Positions 18,980 to 27,780 of a stretch of DNA of 64,000 nucleotides are shown here, one piece after another (the first letter of the stretch is position 1; each line of letters begins with the position of its first letter). Location of the stretch: assembly GCA_030697645.1 (NCBI GenBank), contig JAUYPI010000008.1:4301-68300 (forward strand). Direction: 5' to 3'. Origin of the DNA: a bacterium. GTDB lineage: Bacteria; Patescibacteriota; Minisyncoccia; Phycocordibacterales; VMGT01. A model generated the notes under the pieces. The model was not told where the DNA came from and ran no database searches. It saw only the letters and a program-made list of their open reading frames with translations. The translations under genes and the position numbers were made by a program.

Positions 18980-19246
18980 ATGAGCAACAAGATATTATTG
19001 CAAGAGTTGAGCGCTCCCGGCTGCCTGCACTGCAAAGAGTTTGCGGCATTTTGGGAGTCCATAAAGGGTGAGTGGTCGAATGTCGAGTTTCAAGACGTGA
19101 GTGTTGTCACACCCGAGGGTCAAGAGCTCGCGCAAAAGCACATGATCTTCGCGTCGCCGGGAATAATTATCAACGGGGAGTTGTTTAGTACGGGCGGGGT
19201 GGACAAAAAGAAGTTTGTGGAGAAGCTGAAGAAGCTGTCTGCTTAA
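18980..19246 (+). CDS. thioredoxin-fold protein (CxxC)
   Basis: CLHC active-site motif in a thioredoxin/glutaredoxin-like fold. First gene of the copper/redox cluster. The start codon is uncertain (alternatives at 18917 and 18962). Confidence 0.6.
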   Translation: MSNKILLQELSAPGCLHCKEFAAFWESIKGEWSNVEFQDVSVVTPEGQELAQKHMIFASPGIIINGELFSTGGVDKKKFVEKLKKLSA

Positions 19247-19286
19247 TGCAAAAGGACCAAGAGCGTATGGCGGCAAACTTTTTATC

Positions 19287-19670
19287 ATGAACCTCTTCGA
19301 CAAACTCACCCCACAATTGTTCCTCCGTCTCGGCCTCGGCGCGGTGTTTGCGTACTCGGGACTTAATATTCTGCTGCACCCCACTGCGTGGACGTGGGCT
19401 CTGCGCGGGCTGCCGGCGTTCATCCAAACCCAGATCGATCGGGTTGGCCCCGAGATGTATCTTCGCGGTCAGGGCATCGCCGAGCTCGCTATGGCGGCGG
19501 CGTTCCTTGCGTGGTTCCTGCCGCGCTGGCTTGTACGTATCGCGGCGTTTTTTGCGGCCGTTGAAATGGCGGCGATACTGGTTTTTGTCGGCGTCGACGC
19601 CGCGACATTCCGCGACATCGGCCTTCTCGGCGCGGCGCTCGGGGTATTGTTCGGCAGGGCGTTTTATTAG
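19287..19670 (+). CDS. DoxX-family membrane protein
   Basis: Four predicted TM helices with a DoxX-like pattern (LGLGAVFAYSGLNILLHP ... AELAMAAAFLAWF). Confidence 0.7.
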   Translation: MNLFDKLTPQLFLRLGLGAVFAYSGLNILLHPTAWTWALRGLPAFIQTQIDRVGPEMYLRGQGIAELAMAAAFLAWFLPRWLVRIAAFFAAVEMAAILVFVGVDAATFRDIGLLGAALGVLFGRAFY

Positions 19671-19832
19671 ATTTTTAATTGTGGAACAATCAAACAAACT
19701 AAAAAAACCACTCTCGCCGTGACTGCGATCGGCATTTTTGCCGTGATTTTGATGGGTGTGCTTTAGTTATGCACAATATATCGTATCGCATCGTTGAGTT
19801 GTATAGTACAATTTGAATACTAGAAGATATCT

Positions 19833-21983
19833 ATGCCTGAGGAAATTCAATCACAACAAACATCGGCGCAATCACCTAGCCAGAATGTCGTCCCCGAAAG
19901 TCAGAGCGACAATCAGGCCGAGCACCGCACCAAAATACGCATTGCGATGGTAGGTTTTGCCTTGTTTTTTGTTTTTGTCATCGGTCTTTTTTGGCTTGCG
20001 ACGACTCCCCAGCAGACCGTAGGCCTGACTCTCTCTTTTGCCGCGGGCCTTTCAATGATTTTCTTGCCCTGCACTCTGCCGCTTGCGTTTGTGATTGTGC
20101 CGCTCACACTGGGGAAAAATCCTAAGAAGGGGCTTTTCATGGCGCTGTCCTTCACTCTCGGGCTCACCATTACCCTGTCTTTATACGGCGTTTTTATTGC
20201 CGCCGCGGGCAAGGCCTTTGGTTTGAAGTCCGATGCCGAGGTGTACGCGGTTCTTCTTGGAGGGACCGCCGCTTTCCTTTTCGGTTTGTCAGAAATCGGA
20301 TTGCTGAAATTCAGACTTCCTTCATATTCCGGAAAGTTCCCGGATTTTATCCAGCGCCAAAAGGACTATGTCAAGACCTTCCTTTTGGGACTTTTGCTCG
20401 GGAATGCCGGGGTGGGCTGCCCGAACCCGGCTTTTTATGTGCTCCTCGGATATATCGCGACAACAGGAGATATCTTTAACGGATGGTTTTTGGGTTTTGT
20501 CCACGGAATGGGTCGCTCTGTTCCGCTTATCTTTCTTGCCATTCTCGGGACGCTCGGCGTGAACGCCCTCGCGCCGGTTGTGAAGCACAAGGAAACGATT
20601 GCGCGCGCCATGGGATGGATGCTTCTCATCGTCGGTGCTTATCTTCTCACGTTTGGCATTTTCGGCCATGATTGGTTTATTGCGTCGGGAACTCACTCGT
20701 CGTGGGAGCAATTCGTCAATAACATCGGAGGAGAGAGGTTTGGTGAAATAGTACTCGAGCACGAGCATCCGCTTATTGACGCTTCTGGTTTTATCCGATA
20801 CGGCAATATGTTTTTCTTGGGCCTTCTTGCGGTGACGATGCTCACGGCGTTTATCGTCAAACGGCCCTCTAGGCGCACGATAAAATGGCTTGTCGCCGTA
20901 TACATGGGGCTTGCGCTTATCATCGGGTATTCCACGGGATGGACATTTACCCTGGGGAGAAATATGCAGGGACATGGAAAAGAAGCTGCAGAGGCTGGTC
21001 ATGAGCACGGAGACATGATGGATACGCGCGACATGCCGAGCGCCGCGTCGCTCGCTGCGCTCCCGCTCCGCGGACCGTCAAATCGTCTCGAGCGCTTACC
21101 TTTCAGCGTGAGTCCTGACGGCTATAAAGAATTCCGCCTCGAGGCGAGCGAATTCCGTTGGGAGTATGCAGATGGGAAATGGGTGCATGTCTGGGGCTAC
21201 AACGGCCAGGTCCCCGGGCCGGAGATACGCGCGAATGAGGGCGACAAGGTGCGGGTAATTGTAAAAAATAGTTTGCCGGATGCGACCACGATCCACTGGC
21301 ATGGACTCGATGTGCCGTGGCAGATGGACGGCGTTGCAGGGGTTACGCAGAAAGCGATCGAGCCGGGCGCTACGTTTACATACGAATTCGTGGCGACACC
21401 GGCTGGCACGCGCTTTTACCATTCGCACGGGAAAGACCACAGTACTGCGGCGCAGCAGATGGACATGGGGCTCTCGGGGGCGTTTATTGTAGCGCCGGAT
21501 TATGGTGATATTGACATAGATTCCCTTCGTGAGTATACGCTTGTACTTGACGAGTGGGACATTCAGGCAGGCGGTGTTAATTCTGCAATCTCGCACATGC
21601 ACGACACGGGCATGATGGGTGCGGTGCCGGACTTCAATACGTTCACTATCAACGGTCGCATTTTTCCATACGTCCCGAAGCTTGATATTAAGAAAGGGGA
21701 GTCCGTGCTCGTGCGCTTTATCAATGCCGGCACTGCGGCATTCCACCCTATGCATCTCCACGGCCACAGTTTTAAGGTAGTCGCGCGCGACGGCTTCCTG
21801 CTTGAACATCCAGAGGAGCGCAATACGATTACCGTAAACCCCGGTGAGACGGTTGACATATCGGTTGAAGGCAACAATCCGGGCCCGTGGCTCCTGCACT
21901 GCCACCACGTGCACCACGCGGCGGCAGGGATGATTACACTCCTACAGTATGAGGGGTATGAGCCGATACAGTCGCTCAAATGA
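19833..21983 (+). CDS. CcdA/DsbD-like transmembrane thiol-disulfide transporter domain fused to a multicopper oxidase
   Basis: N-terminal six-TM domain with conserved Cys in TM1 (FLPCTLPLAF) and TM4 (NAGVGCPNPAF), as in CcdA. C-terminal multicopper-oxidase copper ligands HWHGLD, YHSHG, HPMHLHGH and HCHHVHH. Confidence 0.8.
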   Translation: MPEEIQSQQTSAQSPSQNVVPESQSDNQAEHRTKIRIAMVGFALFFVFVIGLFWLATTPQQTVGLTLSFAAGLSMIFLPCTLPLAFVIVPLTLGKNPKKGLFMALSFTLGLTITLSLYGVFIAAAGKAFGLKSDAEVYAVLLGGTAAFLFGLSEIGLLKFRLPSYSGKFPDFIQRQKDYVKTFLLGLLLGNAGVGCPNPAFYVLLGYIATTGDIFNGWFLGFVHGMGRSVPLIFLAILGTLGVNALAPVVKHKETIARAMGWMLLIVGAYLLTFGIFGHDWFIASGTHSSWEQFVNNIGGERFGEIVLEHEHPLIDASGFIRYGNMFFLGLLAVTMLTAFIVKRPSRRTIKWLVAVYMGLALIIGYSTGWTFTLGRNMQGHGKEAAEAGHEHGDMMDTRDMPSAASLAALPLRGPSNRLERLPFSVSPDGYKEFRLEASEFRWEYADGKWVHVWGYNGQVPGPEIRANEGDKVRVIVKNSLPDATTIHWHGLDVPWQMDGVAGVTQKAIEPGATFTYEFVATPAGTRFYHSHGKDHSTAAQQMDMGLSGAFIVAPDYGDIDIDSLREYTLVLDEWDIQAGGVNSAISHMHDTGMMGAVPDFNTFTINGRIFPYVPKLDIKKGESVLVRFINAGTAAFHPMHLHGHSFKVVARDGFLLEHPEERNTITVNPGETVDISVEGNNPGPWLLHCHHVHHAAAGMITLLQYEGYEPIQSLK

Positions 21984-23068
21984 AAAATGAAAAAATCAAA
22001 GTGAAAAATGATACTGTGCAATGCAAAATTTTTAATTTTGCATTGTCGTTATTAGTTTTTCATTTGTACTTTCTACCTTTGTTGGTGTTCGCAAACGGCG
22101 GTGACGCCCATGACACGGCATCTCCACACGACGCGGAGCTTCCACATGTCGGCGTAGGGACCGTCATCGAGGAGATATCTGTGCGCGAGGGACTTGTGGT
22201 GCATATGAGTATAACGACGCCGGTGACGACTAGCATGCCGCTTCCGTTCAGTTTTTTGATCAACGAAAAACCTGGCAATACTGTGGTGCCATTCTACGAG
22301 CTCGACGTGGAGCATACAAGACTGATGCACGTCATCGGCGTACGAAGTGATCTCAATGAGTTCCGCCACATCCACCCGGAGCCGTCGCCAGATGATCCGG
22401 CGGTTTTCAGAATCGAGCATACGTTCGATAACCCGGGTGAGTACAAATTTTGGTCCGAGATAGCTCGCGGACAGCAGCATTTTACTTTTGGCCATCCAAT
22501 GTTCATGGTCACGGGCGATGGCGTCGAGTCCAAGAAAGTGATCTCGCTTGCTCGTAACGTGATCGTCGGCGACTACCAAGTAGCGCTCTCGGTACCGCAG
22601 CGCATTGCTACGGGCCGCGCCGCAGACCTGACGTTTGACGTCCATACGCTCGTTGGCGACGGCATCGCGCTCGAGGAATATCTTGGTGAGCCGATGCACC
22701 TCGTGGCGATCAAGGGAGACCTCAGCCAATTTGTCCACGCGCACCCGACGGAAGCGCACACTCATGCGATCAATACACTCGCACCGGTTGCTCACGCTCA
22801 CGGCCCGACCGGCGACGCGCCCGGCTACGAGCCGGTGAATTTTCATGTAGCGTTTCCCACTGCCGGATTTTACAAGCTCTTCGCGCAATTTCGGCCGCAG
22901 GGGGCTAACCTTGACACAGACGAAACATTGACCGCGACTTTTTGGGTTGAGGTTAAAGACAGTACGCTCGCGCCGGCCACGGGGCAGGTTCTGCTCACGA
23001 CAGTCTCACTGGTGTTGATGGCGTTGCTTAGTGTTTGGGTGTATCGGTATATTCATCGCACGGCATAA
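21980..23068 (+). CDS. secreted/membrane-anchored His-rich protein (putative copper-binding)
   Basis: Signal-anchor-like N-terminus, His-rich stretches (HAHPTEAHTHAINTLAPVAHAHGPTGD) and a C-terminal TM helix. It overlaps the previous stop codon (ATGA), which suggests translational coupling. Confidence 0.6.
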   Translation: MKNEKIKVKNDTVQCKIFNFALSLLVFHLYFLPLLVFANGGDAHDTASPHDAELPHVGVGTVIEEISVREGLVVHMSITTPVTTSMPLPFSFLINEKPGNTVVPFYELDVEHTRLMHVIGVRSDLNEFRHIHPEPSPDDPAVFRIEHTFDNPGEYKFWSEIARGQQHFTFGHPMFMVTGDGVESKKVISLARNVIVGDYQVALSVPQRIATGRAADLTFDVHTLVGDGIALEEYLGEPMHLVAIKGDLSQFVHAHPTEAHTHAINTLAPVAHAHGPTGDAPGYEPVNFHVAFPTAGFYKLFAQFRPQGANLDTDETLTATFWVEVKDSTLAPATGQVLLTTVSLVLMALLSVWVYRYIHRTA

Positions 23069-23077
23069 AAGCGAAAA

Positions 23078-23168
23078 GTGTATCTCGTATTTTGTAGCTC
23101 GTATCTTGTATAGTTTGTATAAAACTCCTCATACGAAATATAAGATACACAATACAAAATACAAGGCA
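23078..23168. repeat. ATACAAAATACAAG-word palindromic element (family E)
   Basis: Left arm GTATCTCGTATTTTGTAGCTCGTATCTTGTATAGTTTGTAT, right arm ATACGAAATATAAGATACACAATACAAAATACAAGG. A second copy lies at 34338-34470. Confidence 0.75.
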
Positions 23169-23172
23169 CACT

Positions 23173-23610
23173 ATGAACAAATATCTCATCGTCGGTATTA
23201 TTGCAGTTGTAGTCATCGGCGGCGGCATATTCTACCGCACGACGCTGCTCTCGGAGGATAAGGTGCCGCTCGTGACCGGCGTGGTGCACGAGGTCGCTGT
23301 CGTTGCGAAGAAAAATGAGTGGCGCTTTGTGCCGGAGGAGATAGAGATTAATCACGGTGACCACGTCATAATGACGGTGATTAATGAAGACGACTATGAC
23401 CACGGCATCGCCATAGATTCCTATGGTGTCTCACAGAGAATGCCTGCCAATAGTACAAGAGTCATAGAGTTCGATGCCACCCAGCAGGGCGATTTTCCTT
23501 TTTATTGCTCTGTTCCGTGTGGCGAGGGCGAGGTGGACGGCGTCCTTCGCACCCACTTCGACATGATAGGCAAATTGCACGTTAAGAGTTTAATTTCCGA
23601 GACACGCTAA
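23173..23610 (+). CDS. cupredoxin-like (blue copper / CoxII-like) protein with N-terminal TM anchor
   Basis: Type-1 copper ligand pattern H...C..C..H..M (HGIAIDS ... FYCSVPCGEGEVDGVLRTHFDM). Confidence 0.7.
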   Translation: MNKYLIVGIIAVVVIGGGIFYRTTLLSEDKVPLVTGVVHEVAVVAKKNEWRFVPEEIEINHGDHVIMTVINEDDYDHGIAIDSYGVSQRMPANSTRVIEFDATQQGDFPFYCSVPCGEGEVDGVLRTHFDMIGKLHVKSLISETR

Positions 23611-23686
23611 AATTGAATGCGTACGTTTGACGGTAGACAGTCGATGTGGTACTCTGCTGCAGGGTGAAAAGAGAAAGGAGGCGATA

Positions 23687-24109
23687 ATGCTAGATATACC
23701 AGTAGTGGTCTCAGGTTCTTTCCGTAAACATTTGGCAGAGATTCAGGAGGCGATACGGCAATTCAGAGCGCTTGGGGTGACCGTGCTTTCACCACAACTC
23801 TCGCCAGCGGTAAATCCTGGCGACGACTTCGTTCTCCTCGAGAGCGACGATACAGACGACCCGAGCGTGCTCGAACAACGACACCTTGATGCGATCGCAG
23901 AGGCGCATCTGCTCTATATTTGCAATCCGGGTGGCTATATCGGCCCAACGGTCGCGATGGAGATCGGTTGGGCGAGAGCGCATGAGGTACCTATCGTTGC
24001 AAGCCACACGCTGGCGGACGTCACGCTCATGCACTTTGTTGACCAGACGTTGCTATCACCGAAGGAGGTGGTTGCGGCCTTCCTCCGCTATCGCAGTGGC
24101 ACAAGCTGA
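23687..24109 (+). CDS. nucleoside 2-deoxyribosyltransferase / Rcl (DNPH1)-like protein, paralog 1
   Basis: Rossmann-like NDT-superfamily motifs: VVVSGSF near the N-terminus and YIGPTVAMEIGWA (the D/x-G-x3-E-x-G-x-A loop). A Shine-Dalgarno AAAGGAGG precedes the ATG. Confidence 0.55.
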   Translation: MLDIPVVVSGSFRKHLAEIQEAIRQFRALGVTVLSPQLSPAVNPGDDFVLLESDDTDDPSVLEQRHLDAIAEAHLLYICNPGGYIGPTVAMEIGWARAHEVPIVASHTLADVTLMHFVDQTLLSPKEVVAAFLRYRSGTS

Positions 24110-24135
24110 CGGTATCGAACTCACCTATAAATAGT

Positions 24136-24165
24136 AGCCCGCTCATGTTGTTTCGTGAGCGGGCT
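24136..24165 (+). terminator. terminator hairpin AGCCCGCTCA-tgttgtttcg-TGAGCGGGCT
   Basis: 10-bp stem followed by GTCGTTATTTTATT. Confidence 0.6.
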
Positions 24166-24218
24166 GTCGTTATTTTATTCATCGGGATTATGGGCGTTCG
24201 GTGTGGTACACTGTTGTT

Positions 24219-24665
24219 ATGAAAATCACTATCTGCGGGAGTATTGCGTTTTACAACGAGATGCTTGAAGCGCAGGCGGCGCTCGAAGATTTTGGGCATG
24301 AGGTGAAATTGCCGCCACAGAGCATAAAAGACGAGAACGGCGCCGTGATGTCGGTTCAGGAGTATTACGATCTACGCAAAGCAGCCACGACCGACACGGG
24401 CTGGATATGGGACAGAAAGGCGGAGGCAATCGCAGCCCATTTTGAAAAAGTCGAGTGGGCGGATGCCATCCTCGTGACCAATTACGACAAAAACGATATT
24501 TCGGGCTACATCGGCGGCAATACGCTGATGGAGATGGGCGTGGCGTTCTTTTTACGGAAACCGGTCTATCTTCTCAAACAAATCCCCCTACTCTCCTATA
24601 GAGAAGAAATTATCGGCATGAAGCCGATCGTGATCGAGCACGATTTTGCACGCATCAGTGTGTAA
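24219..24665 (+). CDS. nucleoside 2-deoxyribosyltransferase / Rcl (DNPH1)-like protein, paralog 2
   Basis: ITICGSIAFYN resembles the Rcl IYFCGSIRGG motif. GYIGGNTLMEMGVAF matches the NDT active-site loop. Confidence 0.55.
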   Translation: MKITICGSIAFYNEMLEAQAALEDFGHEVKLPPQSIKDENGAVMSVQEYYDLRKAATTDTGWIWDRKAEAIAAHFEKVEWADAILVTNYDKNDISGYIGGNTLMEMGVAFFLRKPVYLLKQIPLLSYREEIIGMKPIVIEHDFARISV

Positions 24666-24682
24666 CACCGGATGTCGCTAGT

Positions 24683-25852
24683 ATGTCCACTGTTTCTACC
24701 ACTGTGCAGCGTGGCGTCCTGATCGCCTTCGGCGAGTTATTTTTGAAATCCACTGGCGTGCGGCGGCTGATGCTCGGGCGACTTGCGCGGACGATCGAGC
24801 AGCAGCTCAAGAGAGCGGGGATTGGCGCGCATCTTGCGCGCTCACACGACCGCTTTTTTATCCGCCGAGATGAGACGGGGTCTATTGGTGAGATCGTGCG
24901 GCACATCCCCGGCATCGCGTGGTTCGCCGAAGGATACTCTCTTAGAGGTGCGACGCTTGGGAGTGTAGCTACATTTTTGGCCGAATGCGCCGAGGAGTGG
25001 ATACCGAAGAACGCCACCTACGCGCTTGCGCTGCGGCGGGGGGCAGGAGTGACACTCTCGCGCGAGGAGATCATCGAGGTACTCGCGCGTGGCATTGAGA
25101 GGCGTGTTGATCTTTCTTCGCCAGATCGGGAAATTCTCATCGAAGCAGAGCGATATGGGTGGTTTCTCGCCTGCGGCCGAGAGCGCGGAGTTGGGGGTCT
25201 GCCTCTCGGAAGCGAAGGACGGGTCGCGGTGCTTCTCTCTGGCGGGATTGACTCGCCGGTTGCAGCGTATCTTGCGGCAAAGCGCGGCGCGGAAAACGTT
25301 TGGATCCACTTTCACAGCTTTCCACTCGTCTCCCGAAAGAGTATCGAGAAGGTGCGGGAGCTTGCACGGGGCTTCTTGCGCTTTCAGAGAGAACTTCGTG
25401 TACACTTCGTGCCGCTTGGTGACATCCAGCTTCGCGTACGAAGTGGTACCACGGAAAAGTACCGCGTGTTGCTCTATCGTCGCGCGATGATGAAGATCGC
25501 CGAGCACATCGCGCGGCGCGAGCACGTTGGGGCGCTCGTCACCGGCGAGGCGCTCGGGCAAGTCGGCTCCCAGACGCTCACGAACCTCACCATTGTCGAG
25601 CAGGCGACGAAACTTCCCGTGCTTCGGCCAGTCATCGGTTTTGATAAAGAAGAAATTATCGCGCTCGCGCGTCGTATCGGCACCTATGAAATTTCAATAA
25701 AGCCGCAGGAGGACTGCTGCTCACTTTTCGTCCCGAAGCACCCGACCGCCGCGGGGAAGCTCGTAGAAGTCGTGCGCATAGAACGCGAACTTGCGCTCGC
25801 ACCGCTCATCCGTGCTGCGCTTAGCGCGGCAGAAATCGAAACTTTTGTATAG
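24683..25852 (+). CDS. thiI: tRNA 4-thiouridine(8) synthase ThiI (THUMP + PP-loop ATPase, no rhodanese domain)
   Basis: PP-loop VLLSGGIDSPVAAYL, an N-terminal THUMP-like region, and a C-terminal Cys in EDCCSLFVPKHP. Confidence 0.8.
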   Translation: MSTVSTTVQRGVLIAFGELFLKSTGVRRLMLGRLARTIEQQLKRAGIGAHLARSHDRFFIRRDETGSIGEIVRHIPGIAWFAEGYSLRGATLGSVATFLAECAEEWIPKNATYALALRRGAGVTLSREEIIEVLARGIERRVDLSSPDREILIEAERYGWFLACGRERGVGGLPLGSEGRVAVLLSGGIDSPVAAYLAAKRGAENVWIHFHSFPLVSRKSIEKVRELARGFLRFQRELRVHFVPLGDIQLRVRSGTTEKYRVLLYRRAMMKIAEHIARREHVGALVTGEALGQVGSQTLTNLTIVEQATKLPVLRPVIGFDKEEIIALARRIGTYEISIKPQEDCCSLFVPKHPTAAGKLVEVVRIERELALAPLIRAALSAAEIETFV

Positions 25853-25946
25853 CACATGTCCAACAGATGTCCGATACCAGTCTGTTTGAGCCTTCAGACG
25901 GTGACTTTGTAACCTATTAGACGTAGTGGTACTCTGGTGCATACGG

Positions 25947-27698
25947 ATGTCCACTACGACCGAACAAATCAAAGAGCGACTTTCGATAGCGGATCTCATC
26001 AGCGGCTATGTGAAGCTTGAGCGCGCCGGGGCGAACTTCAAGGCGCGTTGCCCGTTCCACAATGAGAAAACTCCTTCGTTTTTTGTCTCGCCGTCGCGCA
26101 ACACCTATTATTGCTTTGGGTGCGGAAAGTCAGGCGACGTCTTTACATTCGTCCAGGAATTTGACGGCCTCGATTTCCGCGGCGCGCTGAAGATGCTCGC
26201 CGAGCGCACGGGCGTGGTCCTGGTGGACGAACCGCGTGAGAGCGCGGACGAACGCGCGCGGCTCTTTGCCGCGCTCGAGAGTGCGTGCGTATTTTTTGAG
26301 CAGGGGCTCGGAAGTGCGCCGGAGGCTCGGGAGTACCTCCTTGGACGCGGCCTCACAGAGGCATCTATTACGCACTGGCGCATCGGCTTTGTGAAAGAAG
26401 GCTGGAGCACGCTCCGCGACGAGCTCGCGCTGCAGGGCTTTCGCGAGCGTGAGCTCGAGGGCGCGGGGCTCATCAAGCGCGGGGAGCGTAGTTTTTATGA
26501 CCGCTTCCGCAGCCGGATTATGTTTCCGATATCGGATAGCGCCGGGCGAGTCGTTGCGTTCTCCGGCAGGATTTTCGGCCAAGCGGGCCAGGAGGGTGAT
26601 GCGGCAAAGTACCTCAACAGTCCCGAGACCGAACTCTTTCACAAATCATCTCTCTTGTATGGATTTGATAAGGCAAAACATACGATTCGTACGCTCCGCT
26701 GTGCTATCGTTGTTGAAGGCCAGATGGACTTAATCCTCTCGCACCAGGCGGGGTTTACGAATACCGTTGCGCTCTCGGGAACGGCGCTCACCGACGTGCA
26801 GTGCAAGCTCCTGAAACGCCTGACGGACAACATGATCATCGCGCTTGACGCGGACAGTGCGGGTATTGCTGCAGCGGGCCGCTCCGCTACCATAGCACTC
26901 GGGCTCGGGATGGACGTGAAGGTGGCCCGGCTCCCCGAGGGAAAGGACCCAGCCGATCTCATCAAAGAGAGCCGCGAGGCGTGGAAGAGCGCGATCCGCT
27001 CCGCGATGCACGTCGTCGAGTTTTACCTTACTGTCTTGGAGCAGAGGCATGCGACAGACCGCCGCGCTCTCCGTCGCGAGGCAGCGCGAGTAGTGATACC
27101 GTTTCTTGCTGCGATGTCTGGTGCCATTGATCGTGCGCATTTCATCTCGCTCGTCGCCGCGCGGCTTGCTCTCCCTGAGAGCGCGATCATGGAAGAGGTA
27201 GTGAAGTACCGCGAGACGGCGCGTCGGATTCCGCCGAGTGCCGAGGAGGCGGGAGGAGCAGCGGCAGATGCCCGTGTGGCTGCGGAGTCGGGCAGTACCG
27301 CAGCACCTACTGAGCACGAGCAGCTCCTGCGGCGGCTCGTTGGCATCTATTATTGGATTGCGGATGACGTGGCGCTTGCCGCGCTCGTCCCGGAGTTCGC
27401 TCGCGCGTTTGTTACTGCCCTCGGCGGCGATCGCGAGTTTCGCGAGACAGCGGTGCGTTTTAGCGAGAATCGTGATACGCTTATTTTTGAAGCCGAGCGC
27501 GCGCTCGGTGAGCATCGGGAGCGGCTCGCCGAAGAAAGCGTATCGCTGTTGCGGCGATTTCAGGCCGCGATACTTCTCGAACGCTACGAGACGGTGATCG
27601 CCGAAGTGCGCGCGGCGGAGCTCTCAGGGGACAACGAAGCGCTCACAGAGGCGATGGCTGCGTGCGCGGAGATATCGAAGGCGATGGCGGCGCTCTGA
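25947..27698 (+). CDS. dnaG: DNA primase
   Basis: CHC2 zinc finger (CPFHNEKTPSFFVSPSRNTYYCFGCGKSGD) and a TOPRIM domain (VVEGQMDLI ... ALDADSAG). Confidence 0.9.
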   Translation: MSTTTEQIKERLSIADLISGYVKLERAGANFKARCPFHNEKTPSFFVSPSRNTYYCFGCGKSGDVFTFVQEFDGLDFRGALKMLAERTGVVLVDEPRESADERARLFAALESACVFFEQGLGSAPEAREYLLGRGLTEASITHWRIGFVKEGWSTLRDELALQGFRERELEGAGLIKRGERSFYDRFRSRIMFPISDSAGRVVAFSGRIFGQAGQEGDAAKYLNSPETELFHKSSLLYGFDKAKHTIRTLRCAIVVEGQMDLILSHQAGFTNTVALSGTALTDVQCKLLKRLTDNMIIALDADSAGIAAAGRSATIALGLGMDVKVARLPEGKDPADLIKESREAWKSAIRSAMHVVEFYLTVLEQRHATDRRALRREAARVVIPFLAAMSGAIDRAHFISLVAARLALPESAIMEEVVKYRETARRIPPSAEEAGGAAADARVAAESGSTAAPTEHEQLLRRLVGIYYWIADDVALAALVPEFARAFVTALGGDREFRETAVRFSENRDTLIFEAERALGEHRERLAEESVSLLRRFQAAILLERYETVIAEVRAAELSGDNEALTEAMAACAEISKAMAAL

Positions 27699-27778
27699 AG
27701 CTGTTAGCTGATAGCTTTTAGCTTTTAGCACGACGGCGTAGCCTCTCAAAAGCTATAAGCTAACAGCTAAAAGCTTAA
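27699..27778. repeat. family C palindromic element with CACGACGGCGTAG core, between dnaG and rpoD
   Basis: GAAGCTGTTAGCTGATAGCTTTTAGCTTTTAGCACGACGGCGTAGCCTCTCAAAAGCTATAAGCTAACAGCTAAAAGCTTAACA. Confidence 0.8.
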
Positions 27779-27780
27779 CA

